Shown here in pieces: positions 34,772 through 49,307 of a stretch of 64,000 nucleotides of DNA (position 1 is its first letter; every line of letters begins with the position of its first letter). Under the pieces are notes generated by a model. The model saw only the letters and a program-made list of their open reading frames with translations, was not told where the DNA came from and did not search any database. This stretch comes from Diplonema japonicum (taxonomy: Eukaryota > Protista > Euglenozoa: Diplonemea), in contig OZ025672.1 in the NCBI GenBank assembly GCA_964019335.1, positions 613,204 through 677,203 of the forward strand, written 5' to 3'. Position numbers and translations under genes: made by a program.

Positions 34772-35896
34772 AGAGGGAAAGGGCATAAGAAGGAGAGCGT
34801 GGATATGAACTGTGTGCAGAGGTGATGGTGTAGGTAAGTCCAGGCGCCGAGGGCAGCTCACCCCGAGTACTGAGAGACCCCGCGAAAGCAGATGCAGAAG
34901 GGTTGGGGAAGAGAGAGAGACAGTGTAGAAGAGAGACATCTAGCGAATTAGAGAAGCAGTGTGTATAAGCAGCGGAGGGGAAGAAGGAGGAAAGGAAAAA
35001 AGGGAAGAAGAAGAAGAGAGAGAAAATAAAAAAGAAATAAAAGAGATAAAGTAGAGTGTGCGCTAACTACTCCATCTAACCCGGCCCTTACCCGCTGAGC
35101 CTCCCCTCCCCTCCTGCGCTGTGCGTGTGTGAGAAGTAAAAGAAAGACGATAGCTCGTTGTTTCCCCACTTTTCTTCTTCTTCTTCTTTTTTATACTACA
35201 TTCTCATCCTTCATACCCCCCCCCCCCCCCCTTCCCTAATGTGGCCGTCATCCTCTCCCCTCTCCCGTGTTCTCAGACCTTAACTATTGGTGGCTCGTGT
35301 TCTTGAACGAGTGTCCTGTACCCCCCATCCCCACCCCCTCATCATCAGAAGGGCTTGGCAGGTCGTCGACCTCGCCCTCCGGCAGCGTAGAAGATAAGAA
35401 GGAGGACGCCTGACATTCCTACAAGGAAATAGAAGAGGGAAGAAATAAGCTTAAGAAGGAGGAAGAGAGAGAGAGTAAAAAAAGAATTGGAGAAAGGAGA
35501 AGAGGAACGTGGCAAGGCGGAGGGCCCTTGCTGAAAGAAAAGAGAGCGATATACATATGTTTATATATATACATACCATACATACATATATCCCTCTGGA
35601 AAGAGAAAGACAAAGAGAGAGAAAGAGCTTAACACATCTCTTCCTTGAAGATTCGCGCCCCTGTAATATTATCTGTTGTTTCCCATCCCCACACACACCA
35701 TTCTGTCTTTTGTCCTGTCACCTTTACCTTTACCTTCGTTTCTTTTTTTTATCCTTTCGATTGGCCTGTCTTTAACTTCTCGTCTATCCCTTATTATAAT
35801 CTTCTTATTCCCCCCCCTTTGGCCTTACGACACGCGCACACACGCACACTCAGGAGAAAAAGAAAAAAAGAAGAAAATCGCGACGCCTACCTACAC

Positions 35897-37210
35897 ATGC
35901 ACGGACTCTTTGCATGCGCACTCCTCAACGGGTCAGAGGTACTGAGATGCCCTCTTAGAGGAGAAGCTGAAATCAGAAAAGAAAGGGGAAAGGAGGAGAG
36001 GGAGGCCTCAGGCGAGACAGTGTGCCTAGCGCCAGAGGCGGTGGTTCTAGACGGAGATGGAGACGGTGGGTCGGAGCTGCACGTTGTGTTCTTCTCGCCG
36101 AACGTTGTGCCACGGAAAGGGCTGAGGTGGGAGGGGAGACTCGTGTTAGATGGGGGCAGGGCGTCGGTCTCCCTTGGGGCCATCACCACCAGGCGCGAGA
36201 AGCAGGTAGTAGAAGCGTCAGTCGACTTCGTGCCGAACACCGCGGTGCTGCACGTGCGGGAGGCCGTGATCGACCTGGGTCCCGACCTCGCAGCGGACGG
36301 CCCAGAGGCGGTGCTCATCAACAGAGCAGTCTCCGTGATGGAAGACTCAGACGTGAACCCGAGGTGCGGATCTCTTCCCGTGTCGGTGGTGGAGAACGCC
36401 CTCAGAGAAGGGGGTTGCAAAAGGGGGAAAGAAGACGAAGAAGAAGAAGAAGAAGGGAGAGGTGGTCGGAGGTCAAAGGAAGACATCGTATTTAAAGAAG
36501 TGGTGGGTGGCCTGTATGGAGGGGACGTAGAGGCCTTCCTCGGGAAGCACAGCAGCTCCTTCACCCTGTTCCGGTACACGAGTTCGGAGATCAAAGGGCG
36601 CGGGATGTGCGACTATGTGAACCCTGGGGAAACACGCGTGGTGCTGAAAAAGGGAAAGCGTGTGCAGTTCTACGACTCGGAGGACGAGGAGCAGACTCTG
36701 ACCTTCATGAAGCAGATCCTCTCAGAGGGCGACCTCACCAGCGACGAGCTCCTCTCCGCCGTCCACACAGCAGGGAAGGGCCTCGCCATCTCTCCTGCCT
36801 TCTCGCAACTCATGCGCTTCCTCAGCAGGAACAAGCATGTCTTCTCCTGGTCTACCGACCCGAGCCAGGTCACAATGGTAGGCCTTGCCTCTTCTTCTTC
36901 TTCTTCTTCTTCCTCCTCCTCTTCTTCTTCCCCTCCTTCCTCCTCCTCTCTCCCTTCTTCTGCGAAGAAGGGAAGGAGCAACAACCACCAAAGCTGCCAG
37001 TACCGCCATCAGGGCTACCACCAGCAACAGCAGTACCACCACCACCACCACCACCAACAGCAGCAGCCTTATTACCATGCAGGCAGCGACCACCCCAGCA
37101 GCCATAGGGCCCCCGCCCCCTCCTGGACATATTACTGCGACCAAACCATAGGGCCCGCTGTGATCCATCCGTGCGACACCCTCTTGCCAGAGCACAGCGA
37201 CTGTGCCTAA
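35897..37210 (+). CDS. paralog of the 33131-34771 protein (Q/H-rich tail, no HDPY)
   Basis: Shared blocks L.NG....RCP, VVG.LYGG....FL..H and P.FS.LMRFLSR....F.W..DP.Q.T..GLAS. Confidence 0.7.
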   Translation: MHGLFACALLNGSEVLRCPLRGEAEIRKERGKEEREASGETVCLAPEAVVLDGDGDGGSELHVVFFSPNVVPRKGLRWEGRLVLDGGRASVSLGAITTRREKQVVEASVDFVPNTAVLHVREAVIDLGPDLAADGPEAVLINRAVSVMEDSDVNPRCGSLPVSVVENALREGGCKRGKEDEEEEEEGRGGRRSKEDIVFKEVVGGLYGGDVEAFLGKHSSSFTLFRYTSSEIKGRGMCDYVNPGETRVVLKKGKRVQFYDSEDEEQTLTFMKQILSEGDLTSDELLSAVHTAGKGLAISPAFSQLMRFLSRNKHVFSWSTDPSQVTMVGLASSSSSSSSSSSSSSPPSSSSLPSSAKKGRSNNHQSCQYRHQGYHQQQQYHHHHHHQQQQPYYHAGSDHPSSHRAPAPSWTYYCDQTIGPAVIHPCDTLLPEHSDCA

Positions 37211-37599
37211 GAGAAGAAGAAGAGGCAAAAGGGAAGGGGAAGCGAAGAAGAAGAAAGAAAAAGAGAAAAAAAAGAAAAAGAATAAAAAAAGAAAAAGAAA
37301 GAAACAAGAAAGTAAAAGTGGGAGCAAGGCCCACACCTATTCCGAAGGATGCTCTTTTCTGTTCCTATTCTTACCTCCGGTCTGCTCAGCCGTTCTGTTC
37401 CCTGTGCTATTATCATCCGTCCTCCCACCTTGCCACCTTAGACCCTCTTTCTAACCCTTCCTACCTTCTCTTTTATCCTTCATACTACTTTCCTCCTATC
37501 AGCCCAAGCTTGCCTCCTTTTACCTTTTCCTTTTTCATCCTCTTCTTCCTTCATCTGCAGGCGTAAAGCACGACACAGGACAACATGAAGAAGATAATG

Positions 37600-39100
37600 C
37601 AGGAACTACGTCGTGCGACACCCCTATCTGCGGTGCACCTCCCCCTCGCATCTTCAGTGCCTCAGTGGACGATGGAAGGGCAAGGGAAAAGACGTTCTAC
37701 TCAAAACTGGGGACCTTGCAGCGGATGCCCCACGTTTGCGCCTTCCCGTCGCACCCAAGGAACAGCACAGAGCACACTCCTCACCCTCATCATGGTCTCA
37801 AGGGTTGTGCTCCTCGTATCACGGATGTCGCAGAGGCGAGTGGTGTTGATATGTGAGGGGACATGCGGGCGGGGTCCACCACCCTGGAAGCAAGTATCGG
37901 GAGGTGGCAGAAGATCTCAAGAACAAGGCGCCGCTATGGTCAGAGTGGAGGTGGCCCCAGAAGGCCTGGAATCTGAAGCGGGAGCCCCCCCCCCCCCCCC
38001 CCCCTGCCTCTCTCGAGGGAGGGACCTCGTCCCTTAGCAGATATAGTCTGTGTCATCTGGCGTACGGACACATCACAGCTGGGCATTCCTCAATGCTTTG
38101 ATGTCGGCAAGGAGAGAGAAAGGCAGACGCTGCCACACCCGCTGGATAGTGGCACCTCCCGTAAAGAGCATCGTGACAAGAGACCCGCAGACTGGGCTCG
38201 CACAGCGAAGTGGGATGTACGTGTATTCGAGGCTAGGATACTGGTGCCAACCATGCATCTGTCAAGATCCGCGCACGCGAAAGGCGGAGTCCTCTTCGGC
38301 CGCACGTGCAAAAGGAAGCCTGAAATGGACGGGCGCGAACCCATGGAACAGAAAGAACCTCCAGTGCTGGGGAAGGGCTTGCGGGGGGGGCCGCCGCCCC
38401 TCGCCCACACCCGCTGGCATGGTCCTGGGCTGGGATCTATCCCCGAGTAGCCAGTTTGGTTCCTTAGCCTTCAAGAACAAGGCCTCCGGGAAGCGTGAAG
38501 GACCTGTGGCTCTTTACAGTTGTCGGGCACACCCAGGGCCACGGCCGATACAGATCACAAGCACCTTTGGCATGGCATCAGGGGGGGGGGGGGGGGGGGG
38601 GGGGGCTCCTACCAAAGGGCTCATAGCATCGGTCAGACTGTTGTCCCAAAGGGTGCTGCGTAAGAAGGTAACGGTCTTAACACGGAAGGTCTCCAGGAAA
38701 GGTCTCGGGCAATGGTCACCGGGCATGTGTGGTCGGGACGCGCCCAAGGGAGCGCAAGGCCTCTCTTGCGACCTATTGGCATGAAGCTTTTGGGTCTCGC
38801 CTGCAGTGCTGGGGGCAAGGGCAGGCATCGTTCAAGATGGAAGCCCAACCAAAAAGATCAGTCATTGGGATTTGACAAGGCTGATCCTCTTGTCAGATTC
38901 TACTCCAACAAACGCAGTTCCACAGCCAGTGAGAAGGAGCTGCTGACAAACGTTGGAAGACCTGTAGGGCGCCCCCCTATCCCGACGACGAGGAAAACAT
39001 CTGATAAGGGACCTGGATCGGGTGTAAAGGTGTTTGTATGACGCCTGGTGCGCCTAAAACGCCCCTCCCATCCAACGCGCAAAACCCCTTGCCCCGTTGC
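37600..39100 (+). pseudogene. possible heavily degenerate non-LTR (Ingi/L1Tc-like) retroelement relic spanning the unit junction (also about 53780-55280)
   Basis: Fragmented frames with faint RT-like words (LAYGHI, C..RWI, GLAQRS, SLAFKN); weak evidence. Confidence 0.3.
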
Positions 39101-40378
39101 CTGCAGCTGCAAGGGAGCTGTTCGCACAGCCGTACGACATGCGTACGTACGCCGTATGCGCTCCTCCAGATTTCACTGCGCACGCGTACGCCGACAACGT
39201 AGGCCTAGCCGGGGAGGGGGGAGACCAAGAGGGAGTGAAGAACCACAGGACTAGCAGAAAAAGGGGGCGAGCAAGCCCTGCCGTGCGAAAGAGCATGCGA
39301 GAATGCTGAAATTCCGAGAAGGAGATCCTTGCGCGAGAATGCGAATGGGGTTTGTAAGGTCCGCTGCCGACCAAGAAGCACTGTGAGAGTGTGAAGCGGA
39401 AGAAAAACAAAGCGGAGGACCAGCAGAAGCCGGGGCAGCCAGTCAATTGAGGTAATCGTATCACTCAGAAAGCAAATCAGTGCATATGAAGGACAAATGC
39501 GAAGCATGAAGCGGCGTCACCTTCGCGATGCGGTGCAAGGTCAGCAAATCTGTTCTACCCGGCCAGGAGTGGGGGGCACAGATTAGCGCCTCTTCCGCCT
39601 GTTAATAAATGCTTGATGAATGAAAAAGAAGGCGGCAGTGCAGGTTTCAGTGACGAAGGCGCTGTGCTGTCCCCCTCCTCCCACTGAAAGGCAAGCCTGG
39701 TTTTCCATAAGACCACCCACCCAACTAACACTTGGTCCGTGAGTGTCATATGCCAAATAGCAGCACACTGGGGAGGCCTTTCTTCTTCTTCTGCCTCAGG
39801 GACATGAGAGGTAGTGTGGGGGGAGGAGGGGAGGAAGGTGACCTCCACCTCGACCCCTTCGAAGGCTGGCTTGCAGTTGCGGCTTCGCTACGACCCCCGT
39901 TCTTCGCTCCACACCTCGCTTCTCCCGCGCTCGCCCCTCTCTTCCCCGTTAGCCGAGGGACCATGTTCCCTCCAGTAGATGACTTCGACATTTCCTTTCC
40001 CTGGGTTAAGGTATGCTTGGCTTGCAGGTGAAGAGAATAGATACGATAAGATACCCCGAGACCCTCTTTTTCACCTTCCTTTATCCTTATCTTACTCTCT
40101 CTCCTCTTTTCCTTTTTGTACACTGTCTCCTTTTCTTCTCCTTTCTTGCTGGAGAAAAATAAAAGGGGGAAAAAAAAAAAAAAAAGAAAAAAAAGAAAAA
40201 AAGAAGAAGAAAAATGTATTATCAGGGAGGGGATTACTTTTGCCCCCCTATAAAGAGCCTTCTCACAGCGGCCTGGAAAGAAAAGGGGTAAGGGAAAGAA
40301 GAAAAGGGTGTTCCTCTTCTTTGGGGTGGGGGGGGGGGGGCTGTGGCTAGAGGGGAAGAATACCCACCCGACATCGCT

Positions 40379-40996
<618 letters not shown>

Positions 40997-42420
40997 TTAT
41001 TGGGTAGAGGTAGAGGGAGAAGAAAAAGAACAAAAATAAAAGAAAGAGAGAATAAAAAGAAACAGTGAAGAGGGAAGGTCACCACGTGCACCCCCGCCGC
41101 TGTTCTTCGCGTTGTGTCCTTTTCGGGAGAAGAGAAGAGAAGAGAAGAGAAGAGAGGAGAAAGAGAAAGAGAAAGAGAAAGAGAAAGAGAACCGGTTCAG
41201 GGCTATGTTTCCATGCATTTTTTGAAAAAAAGGGAAACGGAAACGGAAACGGAAACGTTTCCCTATTTTGGGGCCGTTTCCTTGGGGCAAACATGGCCGT
41301 TTCCATAAGAATCTTGAAAACACGGAAACGGAAACGTTTCCACGTTTCCTGTCAGCATAGGTTCAGGGGAGGGGAAGCAGCACCGTTTTCTGCCCCACCC
41401 CTCCTCATAGTTCTTATCTCCTTTTCATCGCAACAAGGATGATTGCCTACTCAAAAAAGCACTTTGTTTGCCCAGAGGCAGCGCCGCTCTTTCTCCTCTC
41501 TCACTCGTGTTGGGTTGGTAATCCCTTTAAATAAAGGAGTGGGTAAAAAGAAAAGATTATGAGGAGGGGATTGGGTGAAGCAGGGGGACATTGTCCTGAA
41601 CCCCCGCGGGGCTCCTCTCGGCCCCCCCGCGGGGACGCCGCCCCCCCCGTACCACAGAGCGTCCCGGCCACACACCTAAGAATATGCCCGGAACTGGTTT
41701 TTGCCCTCTTGCCTTTTTCTTTTTCTGGGCTTTTTATCCCACCCCATCTACCCCCCCCCCCCCCCCCCTCTCCTCTTTTGTTTAAGGAGAGAGCGGTGTG
41801 AGCGATTTAAGAAGGTGGTGTGTGCTTTCTCTGGGTGACTGCACGCCCTCACAGTTCTCCATATGTGTGCCTACACTCACACCACCACCTGCATGAACGT
41901 GGAACCTTTGGTTACCCGGGGGGAGAGACTGAGTTTCACACCGCACACATTGAGGACACGACGTGGAACGCAGCGGAAAGAAACTACAGCTTGGACGAGG
42001 TGGCGCCCCCCTGGTAATCAAGTAGATAGCAGTATTAGTTCATTTGCTTCGTTGCACACCTAGTGTCGCAGTCAAAGCCCGATTCCCCCTCTTTCTTCCG
42101 ACCCCTCCTCCCTTCTCCACCACTCTCTCTCCCGGGCGAAACACCAGAGAGACGAAAAGAAGATCTCTCTCTAGGAGAGCCTGCAGCTTTGCTGTTGCTG
42201 CTTCTGCGCAATTCGGCAATCCGCGCGGGCTCGTCTCGGTGCGGTGGGAGGTTGGGAGGGCTAGGAGTCCGAAGGAAAAGACTGGCTGCTGGCTCTGGCT
42301 CTAGCCCTCTTCTCAGAGACGGCTTCTTCTATCATTCTTATTTCAACAGTGAGCACCCCCCCGTACACACTGAGGTTTTATCGAGCTTATTTATAGTTAT
42401 CTCCCTTTTCTGTTCGAAAG

Positions 42421-42453
<33 letters not shown>

Positions 42454-42513
42454 ACCAAAGCCAGAACCCTCCATCCTCTTTTAAAAAAAAGAAAAAAGAA
42501 AAAAAAGAAGAAA

Positions 42514-43680
42514 ATGGCCGACGAAGACGCTCAGGCAATTGTGTGCGACAACGGATCCGGAATGGTGAAGGCAGGGTTCGCTGGGGACGACGCCCCCAGG
42601 TCTGTCTTCCCCTCCATCGTGGGGAGGCCGAAGACGGCGGCTGCGATGATGGGCACAGCTAAAAAGGAGGCGTACATCGGCGACGATGCCCAGTCGAAGA
42701 GGGGGATCCTCCTCATCAAGTACCCCATCGAGCACGGGATCATCACCAACTGGGACGACATGGAAAAGATCTGGCACCACACCTTCTTCAACGAGCTCCG
42801 CGTGGCCCCCGAGGACCACCCCGTCCTCCTCACGGAGGCTCCCATGAACCCGAAGGCGAACAGGGAGAAGATGACCCAGATCATGTTCGAGACCTTCAAC
42901 AGCCCTGCCATGTACGTCGGCATCCAGGCTGTGCTCTCCCTCTACTCGAGTGGCCGCACCACCGGTATCGTTCTCGACTCTGGGGACGGTGTGACCCACA
43001 CGGTCCCTATCTACGAGGGGTACTCCCTCCCCCACGCCGTTCTCCGTATCGACATGGCAGGCAGAGACATGACGGATTGGATGATCAAGCTCCTCACAGA
43101 GAGGGGAAACAGCTTCGTCACCTCCGCCGAGAGGGAGATCGTCCGTGACATCAAGGAGAAGCTCGCCTACGTCGCTCTGGTATGACCAACCCTGGTATTC
43201 TCAAAACACAAACAGGACTTCGACGAGGAGATGTCCCTCGCCTCCTCCTCCTCTTCCCTGGAGAAGGACTACGAGCTCCCCGACGGACAGGTCATCACCG
43301 TTGGGTCCGAGAGGTTCAGGTGCCCCGAGGCCCTGTTCAAGCCCGCCTTCATCGGTCTCGAGGCGAACGGGATCCACGAGACAGTGTACAACAGCATCAT
43401 GAAGTGCGATATCGATGTGAGGAAAGACCTCTACGCCAACATCGTGCTCTCGGGAGGCACCACCATGTACGAGGGCCTCGCCGACCGTCTGTCAAAGGAG
43501 GTGACCAACCTCGCCCCCAACAGCATGAAGATCAAGGTTGTTGCGCCCCCCGAGAGGAAGTACTCTGTTTGGATCGGTGGATCTATCCTCTCATCCCTCT
43601 CCACCTTCGCTTCCATGTGGGTCAAGAAGGAGGAGTACGACGAGAGCGGTCCTGGGATCGTCCACAAGAAGTGTTTCTAG
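42514..43680 (+). CDS. ACT: actin, copy 2
   Basis: Identical translation. Confidence 0.98.
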
Positions 43681-44289
43681 AGGACCTACTCTACCCCTTT
43701 TTTTTTTATCTTACCCTTTTCACCTTGTCTCTTCTTTCGATTCTTCTGGGGGTGGGGTGGGGTGGGGTGGGGCGGGGCGCTTTACTTTGTTCTGTTCCTT
43801 ATACAAATACTTTCCTTTTTTTTCTTTTCTCCTTCTTCTTTATTTCACCTCGTTCTTTCTTTTACATCTTCTTATTTCTCTTTTCATACCTCTTTTCATA
43901 CCTCTTTTCTTTTTTCCTTTCCCTTGCCACAGTGTTCTTCTTCTACTCTGCCTTTCCTTTGACATGACGCCCCACGCAAACAAACACCGAAACACAGGTC
44001 CCTCCCTCTTTCAGAAGGAAAGAAGAGATGAATGCGCGGGCCCTCCCTGCTGCGCTAGCCGCGGCCATTATCCCCACCTCTGTGATAATATACTTGTTGG
44101 ACACAGCAACAGAGAAAGAAGAGAAGGAAAGAAAGACCACTTCAACTGAACGAACCTTGGGTTAGGGGGCGGAGGAGGAAAGGCGGGACCCGCAAGCCCG
44201 GGGGAGACAAGGAGGGGTAAAGACAGGGGGGGGAGGGGGATGAACACTCGGACAGTGAAGACACCCTATTATCCTTGCGCCTTTCTTGT

Positions 44290-44841
44290 CTATGATCTTC
44301 TCTTCTTCCTTAGTGAGTTGGCGAGCCAGTCGAGCCCCTCGTAGAGCCCCTCACCCGTGGCTGCACAAGCCCCTTGGATGTACCACTCCCTTCCCCTCAG
44401 GGAGTGAAGCCCTAGCTTGTCCGTGATCTCTGCTGTGGTCATGGCGTTGGGGAGGTCCTGCTTGTTGGCGAAGACGAGGAGGTGTGCGTCGTTGAGGTCC
44501 TCGTCGGAGGTGAGCTTCCGCAGCTCCTCCGCTGCGATCTTTATTCTGTCCTTGTCGTTGGAGTCGATGACGAAGATGATCCCGTCTGAACCAGAGAAGT
44601 AGTGCCTCCACAAGGGTCTGAGCTTGTCCTGACCGCCGATGTCCCACATCGTGAACTTCAGGTTCTTGTACTCCACTGTCTCCACGTTGAAGCCGATGGT
44701 CGGGATAGATGTCACGAGGTCCCCCAGCTTCAGCTTGTATAGAATGGTCGTCTTCCCAGAGGCATCGAGACCCACCATCAGCAGCTTCACATTCTGCGAG
44801 GGGAAGAGCGACGCAAACAGCTTTCCGATAGATGCACCCAT
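44290..44841 (-). CDS. ARF-family GTPase variant A (MGASIG)
   Basis: Same motifs as 28840-29391. Confidence 0.95.
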   Translation of the reverse strand: MGASIGKLFASLFPSQNVKLLMVGLDASGKTTILYKLKLGDLVTSIPTIGFNVETVEYKNLKFTMWDIGGQDKLRPLWRHYFSGSDGIIFVIDSNDKDRIKIAAEELRKLTSDEDLNDAHLLVFANKQDLPNAMTTAEITDKLGLHSLRGREWYIQGACAATGEGLYEGLDWLANSLRKKRRS

Positions 44842-45016
44842 TTCTTGTTTTCTTTTTTGCTGGAGAAGACTTCTTCCCTTTGGTCGAAGAGAAAAGAAAA
44901 GAAAAGTAAAGAAGAATAACTAAGCAGATAGCGAGGTAATTCTCCGCCTGGGGGGAGGGGGGCTAGGATAGGATGTGGGAGAACACTAGGACCTACTCTC
45001 TTTTCGCCCTTCTTGT

Positions 45017-45568
45017 CTATGATCTTCTCTTCTTCCTTAGTGAGTTGGCGAGCCAGTCGAGCCCCTCGTAGAGCCCCTCACCCGTGGCTGCACAAGCCCC
45101 TTGGATGTACCACTCCCTTCCTTTCAGGGAGTGAAGCCCTAGCTTGTCCGTGATCTCTGCTGTGGTCATGGCGTTGGGGAGGTCCTGCTTGTTGGCGAAG
45201 ACGAGGAGGTGTGCGTCGTTGAGGTCCTCGTCGGAGGTGAGCTTCCTAAGCTCGTCTGCCGCGATTTTTATTCTGTCCTTGTCATTCGAGTCGATGACGA
45301 AGATGATCCCGTCTGAACCAGAGAAGTAGTGCCTCCACAAGGGTCTGAGCTTGTCTTGACCGCCGATGTCCCACATCGTGAACTTCAGGTTCTTGTACTC
45401 CACTGTCTCCACGTTGAAGCCGATGGTCGGGATAGATGTCACGAGGTCCCCCAGCTTCAGCTTGTATAGAATGGTCGTCTTCCCAGAGGCATCGAGACCC
45501 ACCATCAGCAGCTTCACATTCTGCGAGGGGAAGAGCGACGCAAACAGCTTTCCGACAGATGCACCCAT
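45017..45568 (-). CDS. ARF-family GTPase variant B (MGASVG, IAADEL, HSLKG)
   Basis: Same motifs as 28840-29391. Confidence 0.95.
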   Translation of the reverse strand: MGASVGKLFASLFPSQNVKLLMVGLDASGKTTILYKLKLGDLVTSIPTIGFNVETVEYKNLKFTMWDIGGQDKLRPLWRHYFSGSDGIIFVIDSNDKDRIKIAADELRKLTSDEDLNDAHLLVFANKQDLPNAMTTAEITDKLGLHSLKGREWYIQGACAATGEGLYEGLDWLANSLRKKRRS

Positions 45569-45583
45569 TGATCTCTTGTTTTA

Positions 45584-46507
<924 letters not shown>

Positions 46508-46646
46508 TTATTGGGGGTGGGGTGGGGTCACGACAGAGAAATAATGAAAAGGCGACTCCCCAAGCGTGCCAGAAGAGAGAGAGCTATCGGATGCCGGCTT
46601 CCATGACCACCTTGTCTTGTTCGGGGTGGGGGGGAGGAGGGAGAGG

Positions 46647-46684
<38 letters not shown>

Positions 46685-46794
46685 AGTCCTCTCCTCCTTC
46701 CTTTCGTTTCCCTTTCTTTACTCTCCTCCCATCTCCTCACCCCTCCTCCCTCCCCCCTCCTGGATCACTCCTCCTTCTCCGGCCTCTCCTTTCC

Positions 46795-47393
<599 letters not shown>

Positions 47394-48060
47394 GGTTGCT
47401 CCTGCCGGAGAAGAGAGTGAGAGAAAAAAGGCGTAACAAGAAGTGTAGCTATCGGGTGCCGATTTCCACGGCCACCTGTCCGGATGAACCGACAACCCAT
47501 TGTGAGATCTGACAGCGGCCGTGGTTATCATTTGGCACAGGTGGTTGTGACAATGCCTGCAATAAAAAGGTGCAACAGTCTTGGTTGGTAGTTTGAGGGT
47601 CTTTTCCTTTTTTACACTGTCCGGCTGGGTAACACATCTATGACTTTGTGGGGCCCCGACGTCCCCCCGGGGGGGGGACAACGCGCGCCGTCCTCCAGCG
47701 CGATCCGCTATCCGTACGGATTCCCTCGTCCACATTCGCTTTCGGGTTGTTGTGTTTTCTGATGTCACACCACCAACACATCTGTGTAGTGTGTGTGTGT
47801 GTGCTGCATAAGTGTGTGTGTATGTGCGGGTGTGAGCGGTTAGGCGTGGTGGTGGTGGTGGGCGTGTGTCGTGCGGCCTTCAGTCAGAACCAGGCAGGCA
47901 AGCAAGTAAGTACGCCGATGCCGTCGTTCGCCCCCCCCCCCCCCCCCCCCATTCCCTTCACCTGTTACTTCGTCGTCTTATTTTCTATTCTCCAACCTTA
48001 AAACCGTTCTTATATTTGCACAACAGAGAAGAAAAGAGAAGAAAAAAGAAGATTAAAAAT

Positions 48061-49041
48061 ATGATACTCCCTAGGCAGGCAGTCTCAACAGCAGCAGCAG
48101 TGTTACCTTTCATCGAGGCAAAGGACCCAGGGAACCGCCTCGCTGTTGTAAGAATTCCCTTCTCTGCGACCTTTGACACCCAGGGGAGGCACACCCACCT
48201 GATGGAGAAGAGCTATGCGAACCACCACATCGACGCAAGCTTTCAGCACCCTCAACAACACTACCATAGACGCCCAGGTGAGGCAGCAGCACGCCCCTTG
48301 AGCGTCTGCATCCTTTTCCACAGAGGGGCCTGCAAGTCACAGAGGAGGTGCAGGCAGCTCCACGTTCTCCCGAAGGTGGTTGACAGGTTGAGAGACGAAG
48401 CTGCAGGGCCGTGCTGTGCCGCGCACACCGCCGCCGCTTCCCGATGCGCAAACAGAAAGAGCAGCGATGACAACGAAGATCCCTGGGGGAGAAGGCCTGT
48501 GGAGATAGTAGAGGGGGAGGCACGGAAGTCTCTTTCCGAGGGGCTGACAACGGAGAACTTCGAGACAACGAAGGGGCTATCCGACCTAATGAAGAGATTC
48601 AGCGCGGAAGGGGTGATCGTGGTTGAGGCGGAGAAGATCTGCGGGCTGAATAGCCTGAAGCGGTGCAAGTGGGGATCCAGGTGTATCAACATCCACGTGT
48701 GCAGAGAGGCATCTATTTCGAGTGCGGCAGGGCGGGGCACGAGGGGTCCCCCTCTGTCCTCCGGCACAGGAGGAGGAGTCAGATGCGTGAGGGATCTGGG
48801 AACAACCGGTGGGAGGGACCTGGTGAGAGGAGGAGAAGAAGGAGGAGGAGGAGGTTACGGGAGAGATCTCATGGCCTTGGGCAGGTTTGCGGCTTCGTTT
48901 TCCCCCTGCCCCACCTCCGTTGCTTCCTCTTCTTCCGTCTTCTCCTCTGCTGCCTCCTCCTCTGGATCTTCTTCCTTCTCCTGCTCGCCTCCTCTCTCAC
49001 CTTCTATTCCTCCTCTGCTCGAGGACGAGGACCCCGTGTGA
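48061..49041 (+). CDS. CCCH zinc-finger protein, copy 2
   Basis: Identical to copy 1. Confidence 0.8.
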   Translation: MILPRQAVSTAAAVLPFIEAKDPGNRLAVVRIPFSATFDTQGRHTHLMEKSYANHHIDASFQHPQQHYHRRPGEAAARPLSVCILFHRGACKSQRRCRQLHVLPKVVDRLRDEAAGPCCAAHTAAASRCANRKSSDDNEDPWGRRPVEIVEGEARKSLSEGLTTENFETTKGLSDLMKRFSAEGVIVVEAEKICGLNSLKRCKWGSRCINIHVCREASISSAAGRGTRGPPLSSGTGGGVRCVRDLGTTGGRDLVRGGEEGGGGGYGRDLMALGRFAASFSPCPTSVASSSSVFSSAASSSGSSSFSCSPPLSPSIPPLLEDEDPV

Positions 49042-49307
49042 CATGGAAGGGCGCAGCAGGCAGGACGCAACAGCCCTTACCTATCCTAACCTTTGTTACC
49101 TTGCTAGTTGGTTGGTTGGCTGGTTGGTTAGTTAGTTAGTTAGTTAGTTTAGTTAGTTAGCTAGTGTTATTCTTTTTCTTCCACCAAAGATACTTCGTCC
49201 CGGAAATTGGTTTATTTTACTTATATATTATATATTATCTCCTCTTTTTATGTTCCCCAACAGCAAGAACAACCAAAAATACGAAGAGAGAGGAGAAAGA
49301 TAAAAAA

